From Takakia lepidozioides (Eukaryota; Plantae; Bryophyta), in the NCBI GenBank assembly GCA_030704615.1, contig CM060734.1, forward strand, positions 41,540,001 through 41,604,000: 64,000 nt of DNA, read 5' to 3'. A model generated the notes under the pieces. The model was not told the DNA's origin. It saw nothing but the letters and a program-made list of their open reading frames with translations, and ran no database searches. A program made the translations under genes and the position numbers. Below are positions 26,001 to 41,000 of this stretch, piece by piece. The stretch's first letter is position 1; every line of letters begins with the position of its first letter.

Positions 26001-29000
26001 TCTGTTGTCCATGGGCCAAACTGTTTATGATATAATGTTTCTTCTTAGGACCACAACACAAAGTTGAAAACACGGGATGAGAGTGCTTGTAGAGTACCTC
26101 CAAGAAATTATCTTCTCGCAGATAATGGCAGGTGACAGCTCTGCCTAGAAGGCATGCTTTCGTGCCCACTGCGCGCTTCACCACCCAATAACCCTGCCAA
26201 GCCCAATCAATTATTGCCCCATGCTTCCACACGCAAGGCTCCAGAATCTATTCCTCCCTCCGTTTCCCAAATAGAACTAATTACAATGGTTAGTTGTCTG
26301 ATCGAGCTAGGATGATCTCTATATCGTGACGTGGTGTTGTGTACATCTCAACATGGTCAGATCTTTACTAGGACAGCCCTGACTGCTTGTTACTAGCGCA
26401 TCCTGCTACCGGTCCCAACAGTTTCCTTGCAGATTGTGTCACCCAAAAGGCTACTATTTACATATCTACAACCAGTTACATGGTAACCCTTTCGCAGCCG
26501 GGTGGCTGCTAAGGTATGCCAATGTAATTTTCGAGCTAATCAGTTCATTTGGGTCATGCTGAACTACGCTACCTATCAAAAACCTGATGGAAGAGAAGCT
26601 TGTAATAATCAAGCATGTTGATCATAGATGAAGGTCAACCACCGCCCTGCCAAGGACTAAATGAGGATTCAGGATCAACGAATGATGTGGAAGACCAGGA
26701 GAGAAGACTTGCAGCTAGAACACAACGAGGACTCAACTGTCACAAACAAAAGACCATCCACGAAAGACAAGAAATTGGGGAGCATACAAATGCGCTTGCA
26801 GAAGAACTGACAATGTGAAAGTCTGACTATATCCAGGACTGTAGTAAATGAATTAAATGATATATGAGTCTGGACATTCCGACGGTGGCACAATCTACCT
26901 CGACTATACTTGGAATGAGCTTGAAGTGGGCATTTCGATATGCATCATCACCATTAACGAACTGGTCAAGCAGTGAGCCTGGTCGAATGGGCCGGTCGGC
27001 AACATAATAGAACACCAAGCTGTAGTTGGGCTTGGCTGGCACCTGTCACCCAATCAGATTAACAAACCATGTGTCTGATATAATAGTTTGCTCTAATCAC
27101 TAATACATTTGAGAGGCGGGAATTACCCCGACCGCTGCAATAGAAATAGATTGAATAAAAAATTCTGTGATCTGAGCATCATGACAAGGTTACCTGTCAA
27201 GCTTCAAGAGGGTAAAGATTGCAAGAAGGGAGATATGCAGTACCTGTCCTGGCTTCCACAAATGGGGAATAATCACAACATGAAAATCAAATGTGGTATA
27301 GACTTAAGGTGGTGAATTGAGTGGTAGATGATAACTGGTCCCAGGAGACATACAAAGTTACCTGTAGGTTAATAACAAGAATAAATGGAGCTTTTCTTCC
27401 TTCTTCAGACTGGAACAAGCAACACATAACAGAGCACATGTTACACTGGCCCATAGACTTCATCATAGGCCTCAATGTTGAGAAATGAAATGAAATGGTA
27501 CTTTAAGTTGTACTTTGAGTTGTCGAAGGAAAGGAAAGGAAAGGAAATTGAACTTTATAACGTCAACAGAAAGCGTAAGAGAAAGAAAGCTTATAACATT
27601 TGCAAGGATTAGAAGCCTCTGAAAATATAGTAGTCTCCCTCTATCTCATAATACATATGGCAAGAGAAATGAACTGAAATGAAATGGTACGTTATAACAT
27701 CTGCGGGAAGCTCAAAGGGCAGCCCAAAAGTAACTATTGCTCAAGGGATTGTCTAAGAGTCAACCCTTCATGCAGGTAAGCTGCCAAGTATTTCTGGACA
27801 TTGGGTAGCCCTGAATAGACAGTTAACTCTCCCATGGATCTCATAGTATAAAGGGAAACAAAAGAAAAATGTTCTTCTCTTTCGATTGCCCTGTTGTTCC
27901 CTGCGCAAGCAAGACATTAGGCAGTTGTAACGTCGCAGATTTTCCCACCTACCAGTCTCTATCTGCAGACCACGGGAGCTCACCCTGAACCTCCCCACTG
28001 CCCTCAGAAGAGAAGGGAGATAGAACTGCAGACAGGAAACTAGGCCACAAAATTCTAGCGTCAGGGAGGACCAAGAATCTCTCCCAATAGAACTGCAGTT
28101 TTGTCGTCAGAGTGGCTGGTTTCCATGTCCGTCTGACGTGCACTTCCATAACTTCTCTTCTGATGCATCTATTGCGGTCTTGTTTGGGCACAATTTCCAC
28201 CCCTCCGTATATTGTGGCAGTAGGGAAGCAATTAAGACTCCATGACGCTCAAAAATGTTGGACACCGATCATACCAAGTGTGCTTGAAACCCACATTTTT
28301 GAGCCTGATAGGTGTTGTGAGGGCCCAGGCTGTCAGCCCTTTGGGTGGAAGGGCTTGTGACAGATACTAGAAAGATGCAGATAAGAGGAGGAAGACTCTT
28401 GTCGAAGCAGGCGTAACTTATGGTGTTACTTCACCCCAAAGGGCTATTGACTTCCGTTTGGAAGGTGGACACCTAGTAATGGCCGTAACCGGCCAACACC
28501 GTTGCCCAAACCCCTTCAAGGACTCGAAAGTTCCCAGGTACCCACACATTACGTAACCGGTTGACCCGGGACCCCTCATTTTATAGTGGGGTTGGCTATT
28601 TATAATGTCTGCAGGGGGCTCATGGATATGAGAGAAGAGAGAAATGCAAAAAGAAGGTACAAGAAGGATGGGATTACAACAAACCTGGACGACACAGCTT
28701 GGTCGCTTGGCAACATGGTCGATCTTGCCCTCTGACTTGAACCAATCCACCGCTAGCAATTTCAAAAGTGGATCACCTCCAGACACCTAAGACACAGAGC
28801 AAACCACCAGCTATCAGTCAAAACAGTTAACTATGTCCTCCCCTAGAGTGTTCATCCTTACAGCAGAGACTTATATGGCCATGACGGCATGACCACTATT
28901 CAGATTGACAAACCTAGAGCCACTGGGAATTCTGGTCCTGTTCAAAGATAATCTTTAGGCTAGATATTCTAGTCAAGTTTCAAAGTTGATGTCCTAGCAC

Positions 29001-32000
29001 ATGGGAGCATGTACCTTTAGACTGTCCTGGTTGTAAGTGCGGCTGCGGACCATAAAGCCCTTCCCACCAGGATCTGACCAGCCATTGATATCCTTGTCAC
29101 TCAGACTTTGCCGCAATGTTCCATTGAACATGCTTGGGTCTACCTCCACAACTGGTTTAGTAATGTCCAGCTCTTGATTTCCTGTCTTTTCTGCACAGAA
29201 TGGACACCATTCTTAACACAACCCGTTTAGTAATTAAACACAACTAGTTTAATAGTTGACAACATTCAGTTGTCCCCAGACTCTCTCTCTCTCACTTTCT
29301 CTGGGTCTATGAGGGTATGGCAAACATTGCCTTATGAGTACATTCCATGGGTACCATAAAGTATAAAGTACCATAAAGTACCCTTATATATCATTTCATT
29401 CCATGGGTCTGTATCTATATCTCAAGGCAGGGAGTCTATCTACAAACAATAAACAGCTGCAGAGAGGAAAGGGAGATTGTCAATGCCCTATGTGAGGGTG
29501 GCCTGAAGACACTATCCATTTTGTGATACAATATCTGAGATCAGGGCCATCGAGAACATAGTCCACTGCATCTCTACTCACAAACTTTCAAAATCCTGAA
29601 GCCCTGGCCTGTTGACAAAGGTAGTGTCTGTTCCCTCTTGATCTGCCCAAAGTGGAAGTAGGGTCTATGGCCACAAGGCTAAGGGAAATGTCTTATTCGC
29701 ACATTCTCTCACTCTATCCTGAAGTAGTTCTTATTTTCATCCACGTTGTCCAATAGGCCCTCATGGCCCTCTCTACATTATGAAGTTTCTTTCTATTGCC
29801 TCTTAAGATCTTTGAGCTTGCTGTGTATACTATAAAGTTTATTTCTTCTTTCTTCTTTCAATTCAGTTCCTCCAGACCTTCTCAATGGCTCCACAGGATG
29901 AAGGTGCCATCGGACATCATATCTGCCATCTTATCCATGTATGAGATTGTCATTGGCATGGTCACAGTCGCGGGGAAATTCTCGGCAGAGGTGCATAGCA
30001 ACGTTCAGGTCAAACAGGGCTGCCCCCTCTCACCTACCCTTTTCGGGATCTACATAGACTCTGTGGAGGGTTACATTTCAAAAACCCATGGAGTTGGGGT
30101 GCCTTTGGATGGGGGACCAACGCAATCAGCACTCCTCTATGCTGATGATGTTGCCCTCTTAGCACAATCTCCTGTCTTCCGACAACGTCATCTTCATATC
30201 CTGGAAAAATTCCCCAAAGACTATGGGATGCAGGTCAATCTTAGCAAAACTAAGATCATGGTTTTCAATGGCCCTGCAGACCGCAGATTCATCTTCAACC
30301 AGGAAGTTGAGGTTGTCAAATCGAACCAATACCTGGGTCTGGTTATCCACTCACACATTTCCAGTTCGCCTCGACTGCTTTGGACACATTAACAAAGGGC
30401 AAGGCTGCCTCCATCCGCCTTCAGGCCAAATGCAAACAGATACATCTTCGCCACCCCCCAACTAAAAAGTGGCTCTTTGACACGGTGTCACCCCGGCCGC
30501 CACTTATGGCTGTGAGTTCTGGGCACCTGGTGTCCCAGTTTACTGGTGGGACAAAAATCTGGAACCGTTGCAGTCATCTTTTCTCCAAGCAATGCTTGGC
30601 GCTAGAAGCACAACTCCATCACACATCCTATGCGCAGATTTCGGATGCGTGCCACTTCAAACCGAGGCCCTCTTCCGGCTTACAATCTTTCTTAAAAGGT
30701 TACAAGGCCTTCCACCCAAAGGGCTTATGGCAAGAGCTCTCACACATCTATTAGGCTCAAAACAGCAGGATTCAAGGCCTCCTGGTATGTGTGCAGCTTC
30801 TTTTAGCGCAATGGACTCTCTATTGCTTCCCTATTGCCACAAAATACAGAAGGGGCGGATATCACATCCAAACAAGATCGCAACAGACTCATCAGAAGAG
30901 AACTTATGGAACTCCAAGTCAGGAGAACTTGGAAGCTACACACTCTCACAACAAACTCCATTTCTATCGGGAGCCATTCTTGGTTCTCCGTGACCATAGA
31001 ATCTTGCGGCCCAAGTACCTTTCGGCGCCTTTATCTCCCTCTCTCCTCAGGGCATTGGGGTGGTTCAGGGTGGGCTCCCACAATCTACGGATAGAGACTG
31101 GTAGATGGGAGAACCTGGAACGGGAGGGTCGCCTATGCCCAGCAAGCTTTCCGCGGACGTAAACTACCATTTCATAAAGTGCCATTTCATTTCTTAGCTT
31201 AGACAATCCCTTGAGCAGTAGTTGCTTTTGGGCTGCTTCTGGCCTCGCTAGTTGTCTTTTACTCTTTCTTGTTTCTTGCTTTCCTTTTGTCCCATCTTTG
31301 AGCTTTCTGCGGACGTTATAAAGATCCATTTCATTTCATTTCATTTCATTTCTTTTGGTTTTTTCCTGGGTACGATGTCTATGGCCACAAGGCTATATGG
31401 CAAACAACGTCTTATGAGCACATTCTTTTGCTTTTCCCTTGTTGTTCAAATCTGTATTGTGGTTATTCCATGGAAATAACTAATTTCTTCCTTCTACTCT
31501 TCTCTCAACTTTGTCCAATGCACCCATGGGGCACCCTGCGTACATTCTAAACAAAGTCAGCTGACCCTAACCTTGTATACTCTTCATGACGTTTATCGAC
31601 ATTTAACCACATCCTGCTGCCTTTGTTACTTGTCCACCACATTCTCCATGTCACTCACCAGAACTTTCATAGTCCATACACATGATCTTCAGACCGAACA
31701 GGCAGATGGCTTTACACAGTGAGGATAGGCTACGTGCACCACCCAAAATCACAAAGATTTTCGTTTGAAGATAAGACATGTTTGGTAGCTTACCCCCACA
31801 ATGCTCCATCTTCATGGGTCTTCGTGCATTGCTTAGGCCTGGTTATCTTCTATAATGTTTGTTTGTTATATAAGAGTTCGTCTTGTAAGCGCGTAGGGTA
31901 TTTTTGTGGATATACTAAATATCTATCTTCTTCTCACTGTGTGAATGTTATCAATTTTTCTATTTTTTTTAAGTTTCTTACTACTACATTTATATTTGAA

Positions 32001-35000
32001 AAGATTCAAGAATATCATGCTAATTTCAAAGGAAAGGTCATGGAAAGGTCATTGAAATGTGACTTTGGGGCCAAACAAACATGATATGCCAGCAAGAACC
32101 CTTGTGTGCTTGCCACAACTGAGTTGTGCAAGAGGGAAGGCTAGGGAGAACCTGGATGTCGCTTGGACAGGCCCAACATGACACTCCATGAAACTGCCCT
32201 GAACTTCCCACTGGCCGACTGCCCCATCCACACCCAACAGTACAGACATACAACTTTTATCACCTGGCAGAAAATAAGACCATAGTCTTCTGTATGCTGC
32301 ACAAATAAAGCAGATTAAAGGAAATGCTGGTCGGTGTTCCCACCCTCTGTTGAAATTGAAGATCAGAAAATAGAAAAATAATGAGAACCCAATGCTAAGG
32401 CTTTATTAGATTATATTGCACAACTCTAGCTGTAGTTGTCCTCATCCACAGGATTCTCTGATAGCACATGTTTGAAGCTACAAGGAAGATTATGCAAGCA
32501 AATGTGAACCAGAGAACACTGTTGGCATCACTTGCCTAAGTATAGGAATATTTGGTACGCCAAACAGGTAAGGATCTTCAAGTTGGCTTAGTTCATTACT
32601 ACCCATAATTTGCACTCCCAGGGAGGTAGAGAGCTCCTCAGCAAAACACAATGAGCCATGCCTATTGCGGACCTTATGTGGACGTTGCTGTACAGACCCA
32701 TTCTCTTCACTCTCGTCCTCCTCTTCCATGGGATCTTCTGCCATTATTGCATCATAGAACTCTTCGTGGAACTCTGGGACCTCACCCTCCAATGGGGATG
32801 GTGTTGGCTGCACAGTTGACACTGCTGTTTCCAGCACCTTATTGACCTCCTTGGGGCTTAGCCTTGTGTCTCTGTCTTCAGTGATGAGCTCAGGTTTTGC
32901 TACAAACAGCTCTCTCAAGCCTGATAGACAAGATTTGGAAGATCTAAGCACTTGTATTTCCTCAATACTTGCAGAGGAGAGAATGGAGTAAAAGGGGCTG
33001 CTGAAAAGATAAGAGCTTATATGAAAAAGAAATGAAATGGTGCTTCATAATGTTTGTGGAAAGCTCAAAGAGCTTATGGGACAAGACAAAGCAAGAAACA
33101 AGAACAAGAGAGGGGCCCTGCACAAGGACCCCAAAAGCAACTATAGCTCAAGGGACTGTCTAAGAGTCAACACCTCATGCAGGTATGCTGCTAAGCATTT
33201 CTGATCCTTGTAATGGAAGACCTCTGTGAGAGATTGGGTATCACAGATCTCACTATTCCCCTGTTGTTCCCAATGCAACTGGGGTCCTCCCGTTGCAGGT
33301 TGTCGCATAAGAAATAAATGCAATAAAATGGTACTTAAAAAGACGGAACATTCATGACATCCACAGAGGGCCCAGATAGGAAAAAGAGGGGAAGTGACAG
33401 AGATAGACAGGGTACTGGAGGAGGAAAGGGGAGGGTTGACGGGGGTTTAAAAAGGGATGAAAGAAAGAAAATGACCTGCAGTCCGGCAGAGCAAAACGTA
33501 TGGGATAGTTTTATGGAATCTGCAGTAATGACTCCTCTTCCAACGGCCCCATCCTGTGGACTTCACCTCCATTATTTGCGTCACCAAGGAATGTATGGTC
33601 CCAATCTTACTCCTGGAGGGTAGCGGTGTAATCTCCCAAATCACCGCTGAAAACCAACATAAAGTTTGCTTATAAGCATGTGTATCTCCATCTCTATGTT
33701 GGCAATGTGTGCCTGAGTTTATCTAAATAGTGAGAACACGTCTAATAATCCATGCGTCGGAGATGATAACTTACGATTGAATTTAATCCGCTGATGTCCA
33801 GATTTGACAGGACGGGCTTTGTGAGTTGTACCGAGTTGAGTAATAGCTGCATCCAACATGGACCCACTCCGGTCATTCACTGGATCTTGGACAAATTTCT
33901 GCATTATCTAATAAGTCAGCCACCTCAAGCAAACTAGTCCCATTTTTTGAATAAACCCTCGTGGACTCGATTACTGGGATTCCGAGCCACTGCAGAGAAA
34001 ATGAAATGAACTGATATGGTACTTTATAACGTCCGCGGACAAAGTGGAAAAAAACAAGAGAGAGGAGACAAAACCACAGCTAAAAAGCAGCCCAAAAGCA
34101 ACTACTGCTCAAGGGATTGGCTATGGTCAAGCCTCGTACTCTATAAAGAAAGAGAAAACGAAATGAAATGAAATGAAATGGTGCTTTATAACATCCGCGG
34201 AAAGCTCATAGAGCTTATGGGACAAAATGGAAGGAAGAACATGAGAAGAAATAGGAAAACCAGAGTCAGAGAAAAGAACTATTGTTCGAGTAATTGTCTA
34301 AGGGTGAATGCCTCGTGCAGGTAGGCTGCCAAACATTTCTGATCCCCATAGTGGAAGACTTCAGTGAGAGAATGGGTTCCACGGAATAGACAATGGAATC
34401 TCCCACGGATCTCATAGTATAGGGGGCAATAGAAGAAGAAGTGTTCTTCAGTTTCAATTTCCTGGTTGCGCCCTGTGCTGCAGGACATAGGCGGTCCTCC
34501 CGCTGCAGGTTATCCCATCTGCCATTCTCTATCCGTAGGTTGTGGGAGCCCACCCTGAACCGCCCCAAAGCCCTCAGGAGAGAAGGAGATAAAGTGGCCG
34601 AAAGGTAATTGGGCCGCAAGATTCTATCATCCCGGAGAACCAAGAATGTTTCTCGAAATGGAGCTTTGTTGTGAGGTTGGGTAACTAAAGAAAAGAAAGC
34701 TAAAAAAAAGAAAACTATATCATGTCCATGGCAGGCCCATGGTAGAAGAAGACAACCAAAGAACAGATGAAACCCTACATTTTGCACAAAGATGGAGTGC
34801 CTCATGCATGCAACTGCATACCCTCATAACCAATGAGAGAAATGAAATGAAATGAAATGGTGCTTTATAACATCCGCGGAAAGCTCGTAGAGCTTATGGG
34901 ACAAAATGGAAGAAAACATGAGAGAGGAACAAATCCAGAAACCACAATTAATGTTCTAGCGATTGTCTAAGGGTGAAGGCCTCGTGTAGGTAGGCTGCCA

Positions 35001-38000
35001 AGCATTTTTGATCCTCATAGTGAAAGACATCAGTGAGAGTTTGGGTTCCACTGAATAAACAGTGGAATCTCCCACGGATCTCGTAGTATAGAGGGCAGTA
35101 GAAGAAGAAGTGTTCTTCAGTTTCAATTTCCTTGCTGCGCCCTATGCAAGCTGGACATAGGCGGTCCTCCCGTTGCAGGTTTTCCCATCTGCCAGTCTCT
35201 ATCCGTAGGTTGTGGGAACCCACCCTGAACCGCCCCAATGCCCTCAAGAGGGAAGGAGATAAGGGTGCTGAAAGGTAATTTGGTCTCAAGATTCTATCAT
35301 CGCGGAGCACAAAGAATGTCTCTCGATAGAAGTGGAGCTTTGTTGTGAGATTGGGTAGCATCCAAGTTCTCTTGACATGTAATTCCATAAGCTCTCTCCG
35401 AATGAGTCTGTTGCGGTCATGTCTGGACGTGATGTCCACCTCATCTGGGTTCATTGGTAATAGGAAAGCAGTAGAAAGTCCGTTACGTTGAAATAAACTG
35501 TCCACTCGAGCATACCAGGAGTTCCTGAAACCTGCAGCTTTGAGCCTCATAGATGTTGTGAGGGCCCTTGCCACTAGCCCTTTGGGTGGAAGGGCCTGCA
35601 ATCTATGGAGAAAGATTGTAAGCCTGAAGAGGGCCTCGGATTGCAATGGTACACATGCGAACTCTGCACCTAGGATCTGAGATGGAGTTGTGCTCCTGGC
35701 GCCAAGCATTGCTTGGAGAAAAGATGACTGTAATGGTTCCAAATTCTTTTCCCACCAGGAGACAGGGACACCAGGTGCCCAGAACTCACAACCATAGATG
35801 GTAGCAGGGCTGACGACAGTGTCAAACAGCCACTTTTTGGTCGGGGGATGCCGCAGATGTATTTGCTTACATTTGGCCTGAAGGCGGACGGAGGCCGCCT
35901 TACCTTTAGTCAATCTGTCCAAGGCTGTGGCTGCAAAGTGAAACTTGGGGGAGTGGATAACCAGACCTAGGTACCGGTATGAGAGAAATGAAAAGAAATG
36001 GTACTTTATAAATTCTGCGGAAAGCTCAAAGAGTTTATGGGAAAAGTGAAAGAAATAAAATGAAGTGAAATGAAATGGTACTTTATTTAGAAATAAAACA
36101 GAGAACCACACCCTGACCCTCCCCAATGCCCTTAGAAGAGAGCGAGAAAGAGCTGCAGACAGGTAATTGGGCCGCAAGATTCAGTTTTGTTGTAAGATTG
36201 GCTGGTTTCCATGAAGCTATGGTGGTCCTATTTGGACTCAATTCCACCCCCTCTGTATTTTTGTAGCAGTGGAAGCAACTGAGAGTCCACATAGCTCACG
36301 AAAGTTGGATACCTGAGAAATGAAATGAAATGAAATGAAAAGGAATGAAGATACAGTGAGAAATATGCTCGTACTCACCCGTCCTATGAGCAAACCAAAC
36401 TATAGTCCCTGCAAAGCATACACGAGAAAGAACATCTCACAGTAGGAACCGTCCTGGTCACGACGCCAGTAGCGTGAAAAAAGATAGTCCCGTTTGCCAT
36501 GGAACCTGGAAGCCTCCAACAGAAATACTGTAAATATCCAACCTGGGCAAAGAGGGGAACAAGAATCAAACGTCCACTGAAACCCAATGAAATGGTACTT
36601 GAAAGTTTACTATAGCCATAGCAGGTCTGAAGGGACTCATCGACCAAACGGAAGGTCCCAATGAGACACCCAGAGCAGACCAAAACAGAAATTGCTGCCT
36701 GCAGACAAAAATACCTTGATTGTGTGTAAGTGCTTCCTGTAGACAATGTACTAATAAGATGTTGGCCGTAGCTTTGCGGCTGGCACGAAGTAAGAACCAC
36801 ATCATAAGACACAAATGTCAAAATGCCCAGCTGCCAGGCACATCTGGTCCTCACTGAAGGCCTCATCTGAAGAGGCAGTAGCATTGGCCTTGGATCTCAT
36901 AATATGTAGACAGACATAACAGGAAGCCTAAGAGCTTATAAATAGAGCTCTTATTATACTTTCTCACATCCACAGGGGACCCCAAGAACCCATGGGACAA
37001 GAAGAGAACAACAAATAACCACTCAAGAATGCATAATAAACAAACAAAAAGTGAGAGAAGACACAACTAATTACGTCCAGGGCAAGCTGAGAGGAGGGAC
37101 CATTGGGGGAAGAGAATGTACTCATACAATGTTGTTTGCAGTAGCCTAGATCCAACGGGCGGAACAAGAGGGAACAGACACTACCTTTGTGAAGGGCTCA
37201 CTCCAGTAGAGGAAAGAGAATGTACTCATAAGACTTTGCTTACCATATGTGACCATAGATCCCATGCCCAGTCTGGATGGAAACAGAGGTCCAGTAGTGG
37301 GACTTATCCTTGATATAAACAGTTAGTTTGGGCTTTCCAGATATCCTCTAGAAAGCCCTCACATAAACATCAATCTGTTGTGTGTGAGCAGCCCCATCAG
37401 GGCCAGGGCCAGGGCTTTAGGCTCAGCCTTGATGCAAGCTGTTGAACAGGGGTGCAGGAACCATGTTCTTGATGTTCCTGAAGAGGGTCACTCTCTGGTG
37501 AGATTACCCTGGACAATGGGGAAAGAGAGTAGGGGAAAGAGAATGTCCTTATAAGACATTGTTTGCCGTAGCCTTGTGGCCATTGACCCCAGCGCCCAAA
37601 TTGAGCGGAAAACACAGGGACAGAAACTACCTTTGTCAGGGGCTGATGCCAGTAGTATGACTTACCTTGGAACAGACCATTGATCCGAGTTTTCCAGATA
37701 TCTACTCTAGAAATCCCTTCACACGAACATCAATCTGCGGTGTGTGATTTGCCCAATAACTAGACCCCAAAAGGGCCTCAGCTCTTGGCTCAGCCTCAAG
37801 ATTTTCAAAGTTGGTAACCAAAGGTATAGGAACAATTCCCTTGATGGATTTGAAGAGGATCTCTCTGGTGAGAGAATCCAGGACAATGAATGAGAAAGTG
37901 GATATTCTCTTCAGGTTGCCCACACAACAGGCATTTGCAATCCCCCTTCCCTTCCTGCGTTTGTTTGCTGTTCAAAGGTAGGCTTCCCACCCTGTAGGGG

Positions 38001-41000
38001 AAAGAGAGATGGAGAGAAGACCTCTCGAAGTATTTGGTGTCAAAGGTGCCATAGACAATGTCAGTGTGTCCATCAATCTGCTCCACAAGCTCCAAATCGC
38101 TCGTCAAAATGTCCCATCTGGAGAATGCACACTGTATCACATTTTGCATTGAGACACTCACCGCATCCAGCCGATCAACCTGTTTTCTCTTTATACAAGT
38201 ACTCTTAATGTTTTTCGAAGTCTATAGCCTATCCCAGAGCACATTTTATGAGGGAATTATTGTGATTTCGTGACTCTTTGAGAGATTTAGTATTTGTGAT
38301 GTCCATGGCTTTCTAAAGTCCACAATAACAAGTTGACAGCATGCCAGACTGAGATAGCCTACGTTTTTTCTAAATCACATCTCAGAAATTGACATTAGGT
38401 GAGAGAACATACTGGTATCTAAGCGGCTTGTCCAAGCTCATAATAATCTCAAAAATCGTTTCTGGAGATGCAGCCACCACTCCCACTGCCTTCATAATGA
38501 TTCCTTTCTCTGCCGGCATCTGTGATAAAATGTGGGTATCGACTTCACCAAAGGAATGGAGTTCTTTCTAGATGTATAAAAGAGGCTACACTAGATTGGA
38601 TAATAAAAATAGGACCAAAAACAGGACGAACCTCACTTTGTTCATATCTCTCTCCCTTTCTCATCTAAAATCAAAAGTATCAAAGACAGGAAAGACACCA
38701 CAGGGTACCTCTGAGACTGAAAAATCTTCAAAAATTCGGAGGCCTGTACATTGAATACCAACCATTCATATTGCCAGATTATTTGTCACCACAAAGAAGT
38801 ATAGCGAACAAGAATATCACGTCAACTATATCCCCGTCACTAACTTTCAATCTAAATCACTTCGTAAGCACAGCTGCAGCTAAATGCAAAGCCTTCAGTG
38901 CCAAAATCCTAAGAGTCAGGTTAATATCAAGACACTAGATTACACCTACAATCACACTGATTGGGTGGTAAAAACCAATGTTGTGCTGAAAACATACAGG
39001 GCAACAAAAAGAGTCCAAAATGGTCACCATTTACAGTGTGGAAACATCTCCAATCTGCTTGCTCAATCGTGTCCCCATCCCGGTGGCTGTAATAACTGTC
39101 AGGGTCAGAATCCTGTGTTGCCAAAGTTGGTGACATGTATGGTCGTCTTAGCAGCGCCTCTGGACCTGCACATTTTCAGTGAATCTTGTGCCCTCACAAA
39201 TCTGTCAGACTCAAAACAGCTGGTTCAAAGACCTGTTTGTATGCCTGGGTCTCCAATTTCTTTGGATGACACGGCTTGTCCATGGCATCCCTAGTGCCAC
39301 TAAATCCAATAGAGCTGGAAATCTCTTCCAAACATGAACATAACAAGTTTATTAGACAGGAGATAATGAAACTTCAAGTTCGATGGAGCTGGAAAGCAGC
39401 AGAATCTGACAGCAAATCTGCAGTTCTACTAAGACAGCTTCAAGGTGTCCTATGTGACAGTAGAACCTTACAGCCCAATTCCTTGTCATCTGCAGCTCTA
39501 TCTCCAGCTCTTAGATGAATATTGGGTAGGTTCAAGTGGGCTCACACACAGCCTGTGGATAGAATGTACTCATAAGACGTTTTGTGCCGTAGCCTTGTGG
39601 CCAGCCTGTGGACAGAGACTGGTAAATAGGAGAACCTAGGATGTGCTGACTGCTTGCGCCCTGATTGCACTAGGGATGACAGATGAGAGATGGAAACTGA
39701 AGAGCAATTTTCTTTCAGTCCTCTCTACAGTGAGACCTCCTGTCTTTCCAGGACAGACAATTCCTCACTGAGTGAGGTCTTTCACTACAAGGACCAGAAA
39801 TGCTTGGTGGCATATCTACCTGACGCTCTCCACCTTAGAGAATCTCTTAACATTGAACAGTTATTCTTGGGCTGCTCGTTGAGGGCCCCACATATTCGTT
39901 ATTGTATCCTGCTTTCCTTTGCCAATAAGCTTTCCAGGGAAATCATTAAGTTCTTGCTCATCCACTCCCCCAAATTCCAGTTTGCAGCAACTGCCCTGGA
40001 CAGATTGACAAAGGGTAAGGCGGCCTCCATCCGCCTTCAGGCCAAATGCAAACAGATACATCTGCGCCACCCCCCAACCAAAAAGTGGCTATTCGACAGC
40101 ATTGTCACCCCGGCTGCCACTTATGGTTGTGAATTCTGGGCACCTGGTGTCCCAGTTTCCTGTGGGAAAAGAAACTGGAACCATTGCAGTCATCTTTTCT
40201 CCAAGCAATGCTTGGCGCTAGACGCACAACTGCATCTCACATCCTAGGTGCAGAGTTCGCCTGCGTGCCACTGTAAACCGAGGCCGTCTTCCGGCTTACA
40301 AATTTTCTTCATAGGTTACAAGCCCTTCCAAGGGGCTCGTGGCAAGAGCCCTTGCAACATCTATTAGGCTCAAAACTGCAGGTTTCAAGAACTCCTGGTA
40401 TGCTCGAGTGGACAGTTTTTTGAGCACAATGGACTCTCTATTGCTTCACTATTACCAGTGAATCCAGAAGGGGTGGACATCACATCCAAACAGGATCGCA
40501 ACAGACTCATTAGAAGGGAGCTTATGGAACTACATGTCAGGAGAACTTGGAAGCTACCCAATCTCATGACAAAGCTCCATTTCTATCGAGAGACATTCTT
40601 GGTTCTCCGAGATGATAGAATCCTGTGGCCCAATTACCTTTCCGCATCTTTATGTCCTTCCCTCCTGAGGGCATTGGGGCGGTCCAGGGTGGGCTCCCAC
40701 AACCTACGGATAGAGACTGGCAGATGGGAAAACCTGCAACAGGAGGACCGCCTAATCCGTGGGAGATTCCACTGTCTATTTCGCGGAACCCAATCTCTCA
40801 CTGAAGTCATCCACTATGAGGATCAGAAATGTTTGGCAGCTTACCTGAGAGAATCACCCTAAGAGAATCATTCGAGCTTGGAAGCTACCCAATCTCACGA
40901 CAAAGCTCCATTTCTATCGAGAGACATTCTTGGTTCTCCGAGATGATAGAATCCTGCGGCCCAATTACCTTTCCGCATCTTTATGTCCTTCCCTCCTGAG

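Noticed and set aside
36379-36408. Extra EDR2-like exon with AG/GT borders
   Set aside because: Not needed: the flanking exons already join in phase, and it is only ~30 nt from the upstream donor, too short for an intron.
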